The translations under genes and the position numbers were made by a program. The notes beneath the pieces are model-generated. The model saw only the letters and a list, made by a program, of their open reading frames with translations, ran no database searches and was not told where the DNA came from. Source: an uncultured virus (IMG/VR IMGVR_UViG_3300020204_003072) (taxonomy: Duplodnaviria; Heunggongvirae; Uroviricota; Caudoviricetes). From it: a DNA stretch of 64,000 nucleotides. Of this stretch, positions 1 through 9,909 are shown in pieces; positions within the stretch are counted from its first letter, which is position 1, and each line of letters begins with the position of its first letter. The stretch spans positions 1 through 64,000 of IMG/VR virus record IMGVR_UViG_3300020204_003072. One strand, given 5' to 3'.

Positions 1-168
1 TGGACTACTTTCCCGTTTCATATATAACATACATTATAAGAAAGTATATTGTAAGAGATTTAGATTAAAAATAACACGGACCGACCTTCTCGGACTCCCT
101 TCGGTCGTTGTCAATCCCCCCCGCCCCTTTTTTTCGGATTGTTTATATTTATAATTAAACAAAATACT

Positions 169-963
169 ATGAGAACAATTAATGAATATAATAAAAGATT
201 TTATCAATTAATTGAGTCAACAATGGGGAATGTTAAACCCTTAATAACTGAAGAAGAAAATACGATTTATTCTATTCCACCATTTAACAACTTACCAGAT
301 GAAATAAAAACAAACACCAATGATTTGTTTGATGGTAATGTTGTGAACAACATTATAAATTTAAGTGGTTTAACACAACCTATTAAAATATATCAAATAA
401 AAACCAAATTAAATCTTGGGAATTTAAGTGCAATTTATTGTTTTGTTGACAAATCTGATTATGCTAAGAAATTAAAAATAACAGACATTAAAGATGGTAC
501 AAACTGTTTTGTTTGTAGGTCAAATGGAAATGATTTAAATGATACATCAAATTTTGTTTTACATACAAAACAAGATGGTACTGAAACGGTTTCACAATTT
601 ACCCAAGAAACCTTCAATTTAAGAAATGTTGTTACAACGGGAAATAATGAACAGGCAATCCTTTATCAAACTTATGTTAAATTTAAAGAATATGAACCGT
701 TTAAATCAAACCCAAAAAGTATTTCTTTTAACACAAAAGAAAACCAAGTTAATATGAATTTCAAGGATATAAATGGAAAAGATAGGAATATTATTTTGGC
801 TAGTAGGGGAGCTGAAAATGTCGGAGGGGAAAGATTTTTCTATCTAGGAGCATTCGAGTGTAACGAAACATCTTGCCCACTCAATGATAAAATTACCGTT
901 AGTAATAAATCTCCATTAGTTACTGTTGAATCTTTCCAAAGTAATGGATTAATACCTAAATAG
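169..963 (+). CDS. Hypothetical protein with leader family A (RF.QL.ES.MG.VKPL..E)
   Basis: ATG 169 follows TATTTAT at 146-152; N-terminus matches ORFs 1071 and 4338. Confidence 0.75.
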   Translation: MRTINEYNKRFYQLIESTMGNVKPLITEEENTIYSIPPFNNLPDEIKTNTNDLFDGNVVNNIINLSGLTQPIKIYQIKTKLNLGNLSAIYCFVDKSDYAKKLKITDIKDGTNCFVCRSNGNDLNDTSNFVLHTKQDGTETVSQFTQETFNLRNVVTTGNNEQAILYQTYVKFKEYEPFKSNPKSISFNTKENQVNMNFKDINGKDRNIILASRGAENVGGERFFYLGAFECNETSCPLNDKITVSNKSPLVTVESFQSNGLIPK

Positions 964-973
964 TTTCCCACAA

Positions 974-1034
974 ACACGACCCCCATTTTAAAATAATCCT
1001 AATATTCGTAAAAAAATTTCTGGAAAAATTTTTT
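974..1034 (+). repeat. ~60-bp intergenic repeat, copy 1 (ACACGACCCCC...AATATTC...AAAAAATTT.TGGAA)
   Basis: Aligns by eye with 1538-1596 and 3132-3192. Confidence 0.85.
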
Positions 1035-1070
1035 AGAAAATCTGGGTATTTATTATTAAATAAAATTATT

Positions 1071-1454
1071 ATGGAAAAATATAGATTTAAACAATTATTA
1101 GAATCACAAATGGGGAATGTTAAACCTTTGATAAATGAAGACATAAATGATTTCCCTATTTGTGTTAGGTCTGCGGATGGAGGTAAAGTAACTAGTAATA
1201 AAAACGGAAGTAATTATATATTAGTTAGAAAAGCTCACACAAATGAACATGGTGAAAAACTAGATTATAAATGGTTCAAAGATGGTACTTTAGGTTATGC
1301 TGTGGCTGATGATTACCCCGATAAAGATATGGCCGGTAGAATTGTCGATTCAAAATATTACTATTGTAAATGTGTAAATAAAAAATGTGTTCCTAAAGTT
1401 GTTGATAAACCGAGACAACAACATGAATGTTCCGACCAAAAAAAATGCGATTAA
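1071..1454 (+). CDS. Cys-rich hypothetical protein with leader A
   Basis: MEKYRFKQLLESQMGNVKPLINE followed by DFPICVR domain shared with ORF 11494. Confidence 0.75.
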   Translation: MEKYRFKQLLESQMGNVKPLINEDINDFPICVRSADGGKVTSNKNGSNYILVRKAHTNEHGEKLDYKWFKDGTLGYAVADDYPDKDMAGRIVDSKYYYCKCVNKKCVPKVVDKPRQQHECSDQKKCD

Positions 1455-1460
1455 CTTTTT

Positions 1461-1498
1461 ACCCCCCCCCCCTTTCTACAACAAATAGGGGGTTTTTT
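1461..1498 (+). terminator. Intrinsic terminator
   Basis: ACCCCC...GGGGGT stem followed by T-run, after ORF 1071. Confidence 0.6.
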
Positions 1499-1537
1499 AT
1501 TTTCCATAAAACACTCCACTAACGTGTCGGTCTAAAG

Positions 1538-1596
1538 ACACGACCCCCTTCTAGAAAATAACCCCAATATTCAAAAAAAATTTTTTGGAATTTTTT
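1538..1596 (+). repeat. ~60-bp intergenic repeat, copy 2
   Basis: Same ACACGACCCCC / AATATTC / TTTTTGGAA blocks. Confidence 0.85.
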
Positions 1597-1607
1597 CTGG
1601 AAATTCC

Positions 1608-1615
1608 TATATTTG
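1608..1615 (+). promoter_or_regulatory. Bacteroidota sigma70-type -7 element (TATATTTG)
   Basis: Matches TAnnTTTG, 4 nt before ATG 1620. Confidence 0.65.
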
Positions 1616-1619
1616 TTTT

Positions 1620-2108
1620 ATGTCAAAAATATGTAATGTCTGTAATTTACAAAAAGACCAATCTGAATATAGAAATAGAAATACTTGTAAGACCTGTGAA
1701 AATAAGGAACGTTATAAAAGAAAGAAACTTCAAAGGTTAGATCCGGAATATGATAAGAAGTGTAGGGAGTATGATGTTTTAAGAAAACGAAAAAAAGAAC
1801 GTCAGTGTCCCATTACCAATTTCAAACAACTAATAAGACAGTCAGTTAGAAAATCATTCAAACGTAGAGGGTATTCCAAAAAAACAAAAACATATATGAT
1901 ATTGGGGGAAGAGTGGAATGTTGTAAAAACACATTTTGAATCTTTATTTCAACCAGGTATGTCCTGGGATAATTATGGTCTTTGGCATATTGACCATATT
2001 AAACCACTATCCCTTGCCAATACCGAAGATGAGGTTATTGGACTATGTCATTATAAAAACCTTCAACCCCTATGGAAAGAAGATAATCTAAAAAAAGGAA
2101 GTAAGTAA
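1620..2108 (+). CDS. HNH endonuclease (probable free-standing homing endonuclease)
   Basis: N-terminal CxxC...CxxC; C-terminal WHIDHIKPL...HYKNLQPLW..DNLKK. Confidence 0.85.
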   Translation: MSKICNVCNLQKDQSEYRNRNTCKTCENKERYKRKKLQRLDPEYDKKCREYDVLRKRKKERQCPITNFKQLIRQSVRKSFKRRGYSKKTKTYMILGEEWNVVKTHFESLFQPGMSWDNYGLWHIDHIKPLSLANTEDEVIGLCHYKNLQPLWKEDNLKKGSK

Positions 2109-2148
2109 TTATATTTCTTTTGTTATATTTATTACTAAAGAATATATT

Positions 2149-2688
2149 ATGAATAGAAGTCAATCAAAAATTAGACACATACAAGAAGCTAATAAAAGAT
2201 TAGAAAATAAACTAATACTTGAAAAAATTGGGGAACCTCTAACCCCAGAAGCGGCTGGTAGTCAAAAAGCACAATTCACCAAAAAGAAAGCACAATTTTT
2301 AAATTCATACTATAATATAAATTTATCCGCAGCACAAACTGGAAACTGGCAAGATAAAGATTTTAATGATACTTTAAAAAAGTATATGGAAGAAAAACAA
2401 ATTCCAGTTTGGGTTTGTAAAAAAGGTGATGGGTATTGTAACGATGATGCTGAAGGTGAGATTACTGCAAAAGGTGATGATTCAACAAAACTTCTTGATA
2501 GTATGAAAAAAATTGAAAAAGGAAAAGTAAATACAACATTTGATAAGGCGTATGATTATAAATTGGAAAATGGTAAATACTATTTTAAGGGAAAAGAAAA
2601 TACCCAGTATGTAAAAAAATATCCTAATTGGGTTGAGGCTACTGGTAAGGGTCTTGAATCAATTAAAAGTAAAGTTTCATTTGCTTAA
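2149..2688 (+). CDS. Hypothetical protein with leader family B (MNRS..KI.H.Q..N..LE)
   Basis: N-terminus shared with ORF 8129; TATTTAT upstream. Confidence 0.7.
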   Translation: MNRSQSKIRHIQEANKRLENKLILEKIGEPLTPEAAGSQKAQFTKKKAQFLNSYYNINLSAAQTGNWQDKDFNDTLKKYMEEKQIPVWVCKKGDGYCNDDAEGEITAKGDDSTKLLDSMKKIEKGKVNTTFDKAYDYKLENGKYYFKGKENTQYVKKYPNWVEATGKGLESIKSKVSFA

Positions 2689-2812
2689 ATTATCATAATT
2701 TCAATTTTCTTCCTTTTACAATGGGGGTATAAACCGAACCCGGACTTCGTCCGTGATTTTCTTGGTCTTCGGTCTGGCCGCGTTTTTTGAATTGATTAAT
2801 ATTTATCTCTAT

Positions 2813-3118
2813 ATTGAAAAAAGTTTATTATGGTTTGTAAGAAGGATGAATAATCCTGAAATATTGAGTTACATAGATAGAATTGTCCGAGAAGGATTTG
2901 ACTATGAGGACCCATGCAATTTTATTGATGATAGGGAGGGTTTTATAAACGTAATTGTTTATGGGTCTAATATAACATTTATAAATTCATATGACGAACT
3001 AAATAATATAAGTCCCGTTGGTGAAGAATTTATTTTTGATTTTATTAAAAAAAAATTTTTAAAAGTTATAACAAACCATTATGATTTTTGGATTTCTGAC
3101 GGCTACTGTGATGAATAG
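2813..3118 (+). CDS. Small acidic protein of the F-x-RR paralog family, possible ATT start
   Basis: IEKSLLWFVRRMNNPEIL aligns with MDKGLVFLLRRISPEYL of ORF 9910; TATTTAT at 2800-2806. Confidence 0.6.
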   Translation: MEKSLLWFVRRMNNPEILSYIDRIVREGFDYEDPCNFIDDREGFINVIVYGSNITFINSYDELNNISPVGEEFIFDFIKKKFLKVITNHYDFWISDGYCDE

Positions 3119-3131
3119 TTTTTCTACAGAA

Positions 3132-3192
3132 ACACGACCCCCATTTATAAATTAACCCCAATATTCAAAAAAAAATTTTTGGAAAATTTTTT
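3132..3192 (+). repeat. ~60-bp intergenic repeat, copy 3
   Basis: Aligns with copies 1 and 2. Confidence 0.85.
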
Positions 3193-3247
3193 CTAAAATT
3201 TTGAGTATTTATAATTAAAATAAAAATAGAAAAAATGTAATAATAAA

Positions 3248-3844
3248 ATGAAAAGATTTTTAGTGACTGAGGATGAGAAAAAACAAATTATGGATTTGTA
3301 TAAACAAGTGATTACTGAGGAATCTGAAGTTGTTAACTCTGTTAGGGTTGCAATGGATGCTAAAAAAGAAATGGAGACAACAGGTATTAACTATAACGTA
3401 GTTAAACTTGACGATGTTGTCGATTCAAACGAACCCACTTGTATTCCACAAACAGATGATGAGACTAATAATGGTATCATTGCAAGGGTTTGGGATTGGG
3501 CCAATAATCCTGAAAATAGAGGTAATCTTAAACAAACTTTATTTTCATTAAAAAACGCAATTTTTAAAGCTAAAGACCAAGTTAAAGGAGATACGTCAAC
3601 AACCCAAACAACAACAGTCCAAGTTAAAGATGAGACTCAACCAATGAATGAACAAGTTGAAACGGCCTTAATAACAATCGCAGGTGTTTCATTAGGACCA
3701 AGTGTTCTTATCGCGATTGGAGCGATTTTACTTATAATTATTATTGTTGCTATAGTTTCTAAAAGTGGAGGTAAAAGACGTTCTTCTTGTAAGAGAAGAA
3801 GTAAATTATTTAAACGTCACGGAATTGACGGAATGTTTATGTAA
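3248..3844 (+). CDS. Membrane protein with leader family C (..TE.EK..I..L(H/Y))
   Basis: MKRFLVTEDEKKQIMDLY; C-terminal hydrophobic segment followed by basic tail. Confidence 0.7.
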   Translation: MKRFLVTEDEKKQIMDLYKQVITEESEVVNSVRVAMDAKKEMETTGINYNVVKLDDVVDSNEPTCIPQTDDETNNGIIARVWDWANNPENRGNLKQTLFSLKNAIFKAKDQVKGDTSTTQTTTVQVKDETQPMNEQVETALITIAGVSLGPSVLIAIGAILLIIIIVAIVSKSGGKRRSSCKRRSKLFKRHGIDGMFM

Positions 3845-3845
3845 T

Positions 3846-3917
3846 ATGAAATATATTATCACTGAATATAAATTAAGAGATGTTATCTACAACTACATAA
3901 ATAATTATTATGATTAG
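3846..3917 (+). pseudogene. Leader-only remnant ORF (MKYIITEYKLRDVIYNYINNYYD*)
   Basis: Starts like MKYLITE/MKIIITE leaders but stops after 23 codons. Confidence 0.45.
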
Positions 3918-4089
3918 GTACTATGTCAGGTAGTGAATTGGAAGAAAAAAAGGGTGTTGACGATTGTTATAATGTTGAGTTATTAAACAGAAAATATTAT
4001 AGATAAATAAAAAGTTAATATTTTAAAACCCCATTCTTATCAGTGGGGTTTTTTATTTCCTTTTAAAATATTTCAACTATATATAAATT

Positions 4090-4269
4090 ATGAACAACGA
4101 ACAAAAAGCGCAGAAGTATAATCAACTAATGATTGAATATACAAGAACTCAAAATAAAATCTCTTCAATAAGGGGGGAATCCCTTGAGTTAAACGAAAGA
4201 CAATTAAAAGAAATTCGTGAACTGGAAAATAAGTTAAGATATCTTATGGAAGCGGCATCTCGTTTGTAA
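4090..4269 (+). CDS. Small coiled-coil hypothetical protein (59 aa, not in ORF track)
   Basis: MNNEQKAQKYNQLM...EAASRL*, between two terminator-like hairpins. Confidence 0.65.
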   Translation: MNNEQKAQKYNQLMIEYTRTQNKISSIRGESLELNERQLKEIRELENKLRYLMEAASRL

Positions 4270-4337
4270 TTCAATTCCCCATCTAATAAAGAGTGGAGTT
4301 TTTTGTTTTATGATATATTTATATATAAAATTATATT

Positions 4338-4736
4338 ATGGAACTAAATAGATTTAAACAATTATTGGAATCAACAATGGGGGAAGTTAAACCATTAACT
4401 GAACAACCAAAACCAATATCAATACCAAAAGAACCAATAACAATACCAAAAACAGTATCAATACCTCCATCTGATGTTGTCAAGTCAGGACAAACTCCGT
4501 CAGGAAATATAGATTATAAGTCATTCGAAAATCCCAATTTACCTGAATGTATTGACTTCCTTGAAGGTGGTGCTAGTCCTGAACTAACAATTCCACTTAA
4601 ACCCGGTGAAATGCCACGGATTATTCCTTTGATGGACGACGTTTCAATTGGACTAAATGCTCCTCACATTGAAAGATTTATTTTTATGTCAAAAAATGGT
4701 AAGGCGTTTTGTAGAACTCAAATGGAGAAATATTAA
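4338..4736 (+). CDS. Hypothetical protein with leader A
   Basis: MELNRFKQLLESTMGEVKPLTE. Confidence 0.7.
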   Translation: MELNRFKQLLESTMGEVKPLTEQPKPISIPKEPITIPKTVSIPPSDVVKSGQTPSGNIDYKSFENPNLPECIDFLEGGASPELTIPLKPGEMPRIIPLMDDVSIGLNAPHIERFIFMSKNGKAFCRTQMEKY

Positions 4737-4740
4737 AATT

Positions 4741-5235
4741 ATGAAAAAAATTATAAGACTTACAGAATCAGATCTTGCAAGAATTGTTAAAAGAACAATT
4801 ATGGAACTTGATAGGTCCACATATGAAAGAGCCGCAGATAATGCAAATCAAAGAGGTTATTCAAAATTAGGTAATAGATTTCGTGAACACGGAAAAGAAT
4901 TTGGTTTAAACCAAGAAACAGGTAATGTTACAATGGTTGTAAAATATAAAGATGAAGAACAAACTTTAAACGTAAGAATTAATAGTGTTGAAGGGGAACC
5001 TAGTTATTCTATGAGTTATGCGATGAAAACAGAAGACCTTGAAACTGGAAATAAAAAAACATTTATGATAAACAAATATCTAGGTGAAATGGAGTTTTAT
5101 TTAAGTGGTGATTATCCATCTTTACCAAAAACAAGAACGGATGCTAAAAAGGTCTTAAAAGCTTTTGAAAGTAATGGTATTGATGCTAGTGATATTGACC
5201 CAAGGTCAATATCATATGATGATACCGATTTTTAA
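4741..5235 (+). CDS. Hypothetical protein with leader family D (MKKIIRLTESDL..IVKR.I.E)
   Basis: Start moved to ATG 4741 by similarity to ORFs 20169(-), 40998 and 41464. Confidence 0.75.
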   Translation: MKKIIRLTESDLARIVKRTIMELDRSTYERAADNANQRGYSKLGNRFREHGKEFGLNQETGNVTMVVKYKDEEQTLNVRINSVEGEPSYSMSYAMKTEDLETGNKKTFMINKYLGEMEFYLSGDYPSLPKTRTDAKKVLKAFESNGIDASDIDPRSISYDDTDF

Positions 5236-5292
5236 TTATTTAAACCCACCACACAAAGGTGGGTTTTTTATTTGTTCTAATATTTATCTTAT

Positions 5293-5577
5293 ATGAAATC
5301 AAAATTATCTAAAGACCAAATATTTTTTATTAGAAGAAAACAAGATATTGAAAGACTTGTTGAGTTGGCTTGTAATTATGGTGCACAAGATGAAGATTTT
5401 TGTAAGTATGATTTTTATGATTACTACGATAATGTTTTAAATGATATTGAAAAAAATTTGGATAGAAATGGTATTATTCCTAATGGATTTCAACAAAAGG
5501 TAATTGAATTTGTTATGACATTTATGTTTGATTATATACATAAACAATACGAATCAAATAAAAGAATGTTGTGTTAA
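5293..5577 (+). CDS. Small acidic protein, F-x-RR family
   Basis: IFFIRRKQDIE; TATTTAT 5 nt upstream. Confidence 0.65.
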   Translation: MKSKLSKDQIFFIRRKQDIERLVELACNYGAQDEDFCKYDFYDYYDNVLNDIEKNLDRNGIIPNGFQQKVIEFVMTFMFDYIHKQYESNKRMLC

Positions 5578-5578
5578 T

Positions 5579-5932
5579 ATGAAATCCCTAATTAGAAAAA
5601 TCCTTAAAGAAGAATATACACCAACCGAAACTGATTTTTTATATTATGAAGTCCCAAAAAAGTTGGTTGCTCAATTGGGAATTGAATTATTTAAAGAAGA
5701 AGATGTTGTTTACATTACTGAAATTCATTTTGATACGCAAAATGTCCTATTTCAACTTTTTTCTAGATATCCCTTTGTTCATGGTGAAGAAATACATTAT
5801 GATGAAGATAGGAATGTTCCAGGTGACTTTGAATCAAATATATTAATTCCAATTAAAGATTTACCAAAAAGTGTTCTTAATATAATACTAAGAAGATTGG
5901 ACCCAGAATATTTAAAATATATGAATCTATGA
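5579..5932 (+). CDS. Hypothetical protein with MKSLIRKILKEE leader
   Basis: In-frame ATG 5579 immediately after previous stop. Confidence 0.65.
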   Translation: MKSLIRKILKEEYTPTETDFLYYEVPKKLVAQLGIELFKEEDVVYITEIHFDTQNVLFQLFSRYPFVHGEEIHYDEDRNVPGDFESNILIPIKDLPKSVLNIILRRLDPEYLKYMNL

Positions 5933-6534
5933 AAATCCTTATAACTGAAAATCAAATACATTTACTTAGATTACTTGGGCAATTCATTGAAATTGTTGAA
6001 GATCAGATTGAAGGTTATAAAGCCAATCTTAAATTTGCTTGGTGGTGTAAGGTTTATGATGAAGATAGTTTTACAACAAATCTTATTGATAGATCAATTG
6101 AAGAACTTATTGACCGAAACTGGGATTTTTTTCACGACAACACAGATAAGGGGGGAGCAACTATGGATCTTGAATTGATAGATGATTATGCTAGAGAACA
6201 TTATACCGAGCAAATTATTGATGTATTCAGACGTAAGTGTGGAAGTTCATTAAATGAATCAAAGATTGATTTTGTTAGAAGACTCCCAGCTGTTGAAGAA
6301 GAACTTAATAGACATTTAAAAAGGGTTGACCCCACAAAATTTGATTTCTTTCAACGTTATGTTGAATATCTTGCAAAAGTAACATTAATGTATGTTTCGG
6401 ATAATTTAATAAATCGTGATATTCGTGGAGAAAATTATGATTTATATACCGAATTTAGAAATCACATTATATATGGATTAAGAAATGATATAAGGGACAT
6501 ATATGATAGCCGTAAACCTGGTGGTTTATTTTAA
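5929..6534 (+). CDS. Two-domain F-x-RR family protein with MKILITE leader
   Basis: Internal SLNESKIDFVRRL resembles a second leader/domain junction. Confidence 0.65.
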   Translation: MKILITENQIHLLRLLGQFIEIVEDQIEGYKANLKFAWWCKVYDEDSFTTNLIDRSIEELIDRNWDFFHDNTDKGGATMDLELIDDYAREHYTEQIIDVFRRKCGSSLNESKIDFVRRLPAVEEELNRHLKRVDPTKFDFFQRYVEYLAKVTLMYVSDNLINRDIRGENYDLYTEFRNHIIYGLRNDIRDIYDSRKPGGLF

Positions 6535-6546
6535 TATTTATAATAT

Positions 6547-6927
6547 ATGAAAATTATTATCACAGAATCTCAATACGAAAGACTACTTGTTGATTTGTCT
6601 CCAGCTTTAAAAAGACGATTGACAGATGAAGATTTGAATACTATTGAAAGATTGGTATTAAAAAATATTAAACACTGCTCATACCCTTATTATGCTGACC
6701 ATTTTGATTTTTTTGTTGATGATATTATTTATCAGACATTACACGAATTTGTTGCGGAATATAAAAGTGATGAAATTGATACCGAATATGACGAAGAATG
6801 GGGTGAAGTATGGATTGAAGATAGTAAAGAAAAAATATTTGACTTATATTGGCCGTTATTTGCAAACATTAAATCTTTATATACCGATAAATTACACGAT
6901 ATTTGGAAAGACATATTTAAGAAATGA
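6547..6927 (+). CDS. Acidic hypothetical protein with MKIIITESQY leader
   Basis: Paralog of ORF 6924 (LKRR(L/V)T...LH.F....K.(D/E)EIDT...(L/M)YW.L). Confidence 0.7.
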   Translation: MKIIITESQYERLLVDLSPALKRRLTDEDLNTIERLVLKNIKHCSYPYYADHFDFFVDDIIYQTLHEFVAEYKSDEIDTEYDEEWGEVWIEDSKEKIFDLYWPLFANIKSLYTDKLHDIWKDIFKK

Positions 6928-7298
6928 AAAAGTTAATAAAAGAATCGGAACATCTCAAAGGACTATTTGCCAGCCTTCCACCATTTTTAAAAAGGAGGGT
7001 TACAATTGCTGATTTAAAATGGATTGATGAAGAATTAACCAATTTTATTATCGCAACACCACCGACAGATAAATTTGATAATTTTTGTGATTATGTTCTT
7101 GGTGATTTGCTTCATAATTTTTTGGTTGATAGAAAAGATGAAGAGATTGATACGGTTGAAGACCCGGAATATGGTTTGATATATGATGATGAAAGTCTTG
7201 GTAAAGTTGCATCAATGTATTGGGAATTAATGCCATATCTTAAAAAAAGATATGAAATTAGACTTCATCAAGCTTGGGAAAGAAAGAAACAACAATAA
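6924..7298 (+). CDS. Paralog of ORF 6547
   Basis: MKKLIKESE leader; shared motifs. Confidence 0.7.
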   Translation: MKKLIKESEHLKGLFASLPPFLKRRVTIADLKWIDEELTNFIIATPPTDKFDNFCDYVLGDLLHNFLVDRKDEEIDTVEDPEYGLIYDDESLGKVASMYWELMPYLKKRYEIRLHQAWERKKQQ

Positions 7299-7323
7299 TA
7301 ACAATATTTATAAATAAACAATT

Positions 7324-7779
7324 ATGGAACAATCACCCTTTGAAAATTTTTCTGATAAACAAATGATTAAGTATATGCGTTACGCATTACCAATCATTAG
7401 TGAACTTGACACACAAATTGAGTATTTCTTTGATGGAATATATGGCCCAGTCGAAAAACAACTTGCAGCACCAATTGGTGGTTCCTTATCGAGACTTGAT
7501 AAAGAATATCTTTTTTATTTATATGTAAACAATGAAAATTTTGATGGCGAAACTATTAATAGACCAACACTAAATGAAAGAACCATTAATTTTATTGTAA
7601 AGGAAAGACAAATTACATATACAACATATAGTGAAGATTTACCAACATATGTTGATGAGTACATAGATCAAAGTTATTTATATCATCTAAAAGATAATGA
7701 TGAAATTGAACCTTGGGAATGGGATAGTGATATAGATTATGAGGATTCAGATTATATTGATGATGAATTTGATTATTAA
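7324..7779 (+). CDS. Acidic hypothetical protein
   Basis: ORF with TATTTAT upstream. Confidence 0.65.
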   Translation: MEQSPFENFSDKQMIKYMRYALPIISELDTQIEYFFDGIYGPVEKQLAAPIGGSLSRLDKEYLFYLYVNNENFDGETINRPTLNERTINFIVKERQITYTTYSEDLPTYVDEYIDQSYLYHLKDNDEIEPWEWDSDIDYEDSDYIDDEFDY

Positions 7780-7781
7780 TT

Positions 7782-8087
7782 ATGAATAAGGTACCCCCAG
7801 TTTTTTTAAGAAGATTTAATTCTCATAAATTTGAAAAAATTATGAGAAAAGGTGCTATTCACGCATATTGGAATACAACAAATAGAGAACAATTTAAAAG
7901 AGAATTGGCTTCATCGGCAGCTGATGCTCTTTTATATACGGTACATAGAATTGATCCAGAAACAGAATTAACAAAAGAAGAAATGGATGACATCACTGAT
8001 TATGTTATTGAAATTTTTAATTCATTAATGGATTTATATTATAACAATTTAAGAAAAGAATATCCAATTAGTGGAAAAAACATATAA
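7782..8087 (+). CDS. F-x-RR family small protein
   Basis: PPVFLRRFN. Confidence 0.65.
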   Translation: MNKVPPVFLRRFNSHKFEKIMRKGAIHAYWNTTNREQFKRELASSAADALLYTVHRIDPETELTKEEMDDITDYVIEIFNSLMDLYYNNLRKEYPISGKNI

Positions 8088-8128
8088 GTTTTTAACTTTA
8101 ATATATATTTATTAATAAAATTAATATT

Positions 8129-8422
8129 ATGAATAGAAGTTTTACAAAAATTAATCATATGCAAAAAGTAAATATGTTACTTGAAAATAGAATGTTACAA
8201 TATAAAACATTGATAAAAGAAGATACTTCAATACATATCACAAATGAAGATGAAGATGATATCGTATTTAAAACATCTCCAACATCAACAAAAAAATTTT
8301 ATTACAGTTGTAGTACCAAAAAAGTTCAAAGCGAAGGTGGTGGTACAGAATCACCAGTTTTGACAGATGGCGATAAAAAACTTTTAGACTTAAAGTGTCA
8401 AAGTAATAATAAAGCGGTTTAG
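8129..8422 (+). CDS. Hypothetical protein with leader B
   Basis: MNRSFTKINHMQKVNMLLENR...LIKE. Confidence 0.65.
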   Translation: MNRSFTKINHMQKVNMLLENRMLQYKTLIKEDTSIHITNEDEDDIVFKTSPTSTKKFYYSCSTKKVQSEGGGTESPVLTDGDKKLLDLKCQSNNKAV

Positions 8423-8484
8423 TTTAAAATTTAAAAAAGGAATCTATAGATTCCCTTTTTTTGTTTAAACACTATTTATTATAT

Positions 8485-9240
8485 ATGAAAAACTATATTC
8501 TAACAGAAGAACAATTAACAAGGGTAATAACTGAAGAACGACCAATTAAAAAAGGTGTTGCAATCAAGTATTCACCAGGTAAAGGTGAAGACCCAGTTTA
8601 CCAATCTCATATGTTAGAGTTTAAGGATGAACAAGAATGGCAAGACTACAAAAAATCTCTTCCGAAAAAAAAAGAAATAATTGGTGTTATTGATATTAAA
8701 GAATCAATAAGTGAAAAAAAAAATCCGTTAATTTCTGAATCTGAAAACAAACGCATTGATGCTGGAAAAAAAATCTTATTAAGACATCTTAAAGATGAAT
8801 ACCCATTTATTATTAATATTAATATCAGAATAAAAGATGGATTGTTTGGTAATGTTAGTTTCAAGATTGATTTAAATAAATTTTATGATTTTTATAATGT
8901 AACACCACCAAATGATTATAAAGAATTTGATTTTCTATTACCAAACCTTGAAATTAGTAGATTGTATCTACAAAGTTATGTGGACGATAAGTTTAAAAAC
9001 GATTTTGGTTACGAATTTAATAGAAAGTTAGAAAAGTTTATGGATGATATTTACATACATTTACCAGAAAATATGATAAACTATAAGTTTGAAGGATTTT
9101 CAGATGAAGATTTTGAAACTGACGAATTTAGCACTAGAGATGTAAGTTTTTATAAAAGATGGCAAGGTGAAAAAGAACCGATTGAATTAAAAGTTGATGA
9201 TTACTTACCAGTAGTTGATTTAACTAAAATAAAATTTTAA
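8485..9240 (+). CDS. Hypothetical protein with MKNYILTEEQL leader
   Basis: ATG 8485 follows TATTTAT; several internal (L/I)-x-E sites. Confidence 0.65.
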   Translation: MKNYILTEEQLTRVITEERPIKKGVAIKYSPGKGEDPVYQSHMLEFKDEQEWQDYKKSLPKKKEIIGVIDIKESISEKKNPLISESENKRIDAGKKILLRHLKDEYPFIININIRIKDGLFGNVSFKIDLNKFYDFYNVTPPNDYKEFDFLLPNLEISRLYLQSYVDDKFKNDFGYEFNRKLEKFMDDIYIHLPENMINYKFEGFSDEDFETDEFSTRDVSFYKRWQGEKEPIELKVDDYLPVVDLTKIKF

Positions 9241-9282
9241 ACAAAAATCTTTATAAATTTATATTTTTTTATAATTTTAATT

Positions 9283-9837
9283 ATGGTTAAAGAATATGAT
9301 AATTTTATTTCAGATATTATTTGTGACCGACTTATTAAAATATCCTACAAAAATTTATCTGAAGCAGAAGTTTTAGGTGAAAAGATAGATGGATATAGAA
9401 CAGCAAATAGTTGTTGGTTATACGATGATGATTACGATATTGTAAAAAATTATAGACAGAAAATTTCTGAATTGGTTAATTTACCAATTGAAAATATGGA
9501 ATCATTACATATTGTTTCATATGATGTTGGTGGTGAATATAAAGAACATCACGATTTTTTCCATCCAACTGAAGAATATTTTGAAAATACCATATCTGCT
9601 GGAGGACAAAGAACAAAAACTTGTCTTCTTTATTTAAACGATTCATTTGAAGGTGGTGAAACTGAATTTATAAATTTAGGAATAAAAATAAAACCAAAAA
9701 TTGGTAAACTTATTGTTTGGGATAATTTAAATGAAGATGGGTCTTTAGATTATGATAGTTTACACGCAGGATTACCGGTTATTGAAGGAAAAAAATTTAT
9801 TGCTGTTATATGGATAAGGGAAAATAAATTTATTTAA
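9283..9837 (+). CDS. 2OG-Fe(II) oxygenase, prolyl 4-hydroxylase-like
   Basis: RT motif, HHD (HxD), LYLN...GGET.F, distal H in HAGLPV..G.K...W. Confidence 0.9.
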   Translation: MVKEYDNFISDIICDRLIKISYKNLSEAEVLGEKIDGYRTANSCWLYDDDYDIVKNYRQKISELVNLPIENMESLHIVSYDVGGEYKEHHDFFHPTEEYFENTISAGGQRTKTCLLYLNDSFEGGETEFINLGIKIKPKIGKLIVWDNLNEDGSLDYDSLHAGLPVIEGKKFIAVIWIRENKFI

Positions 9838-9909
9838 TATAAAAAAATATAAAATTTAACCTCATCTTTACGATGAGGTTTTTTTATTAATATTAGTATT
9901 TATTAAAAT

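Noticed and set aside
974..3192. CRISPR array interpretation of the ACACGACCCCC repeats
   Set aside because: Copies are imperfect, ~60 bp, separated by whole genes, and no cas genes are visible.
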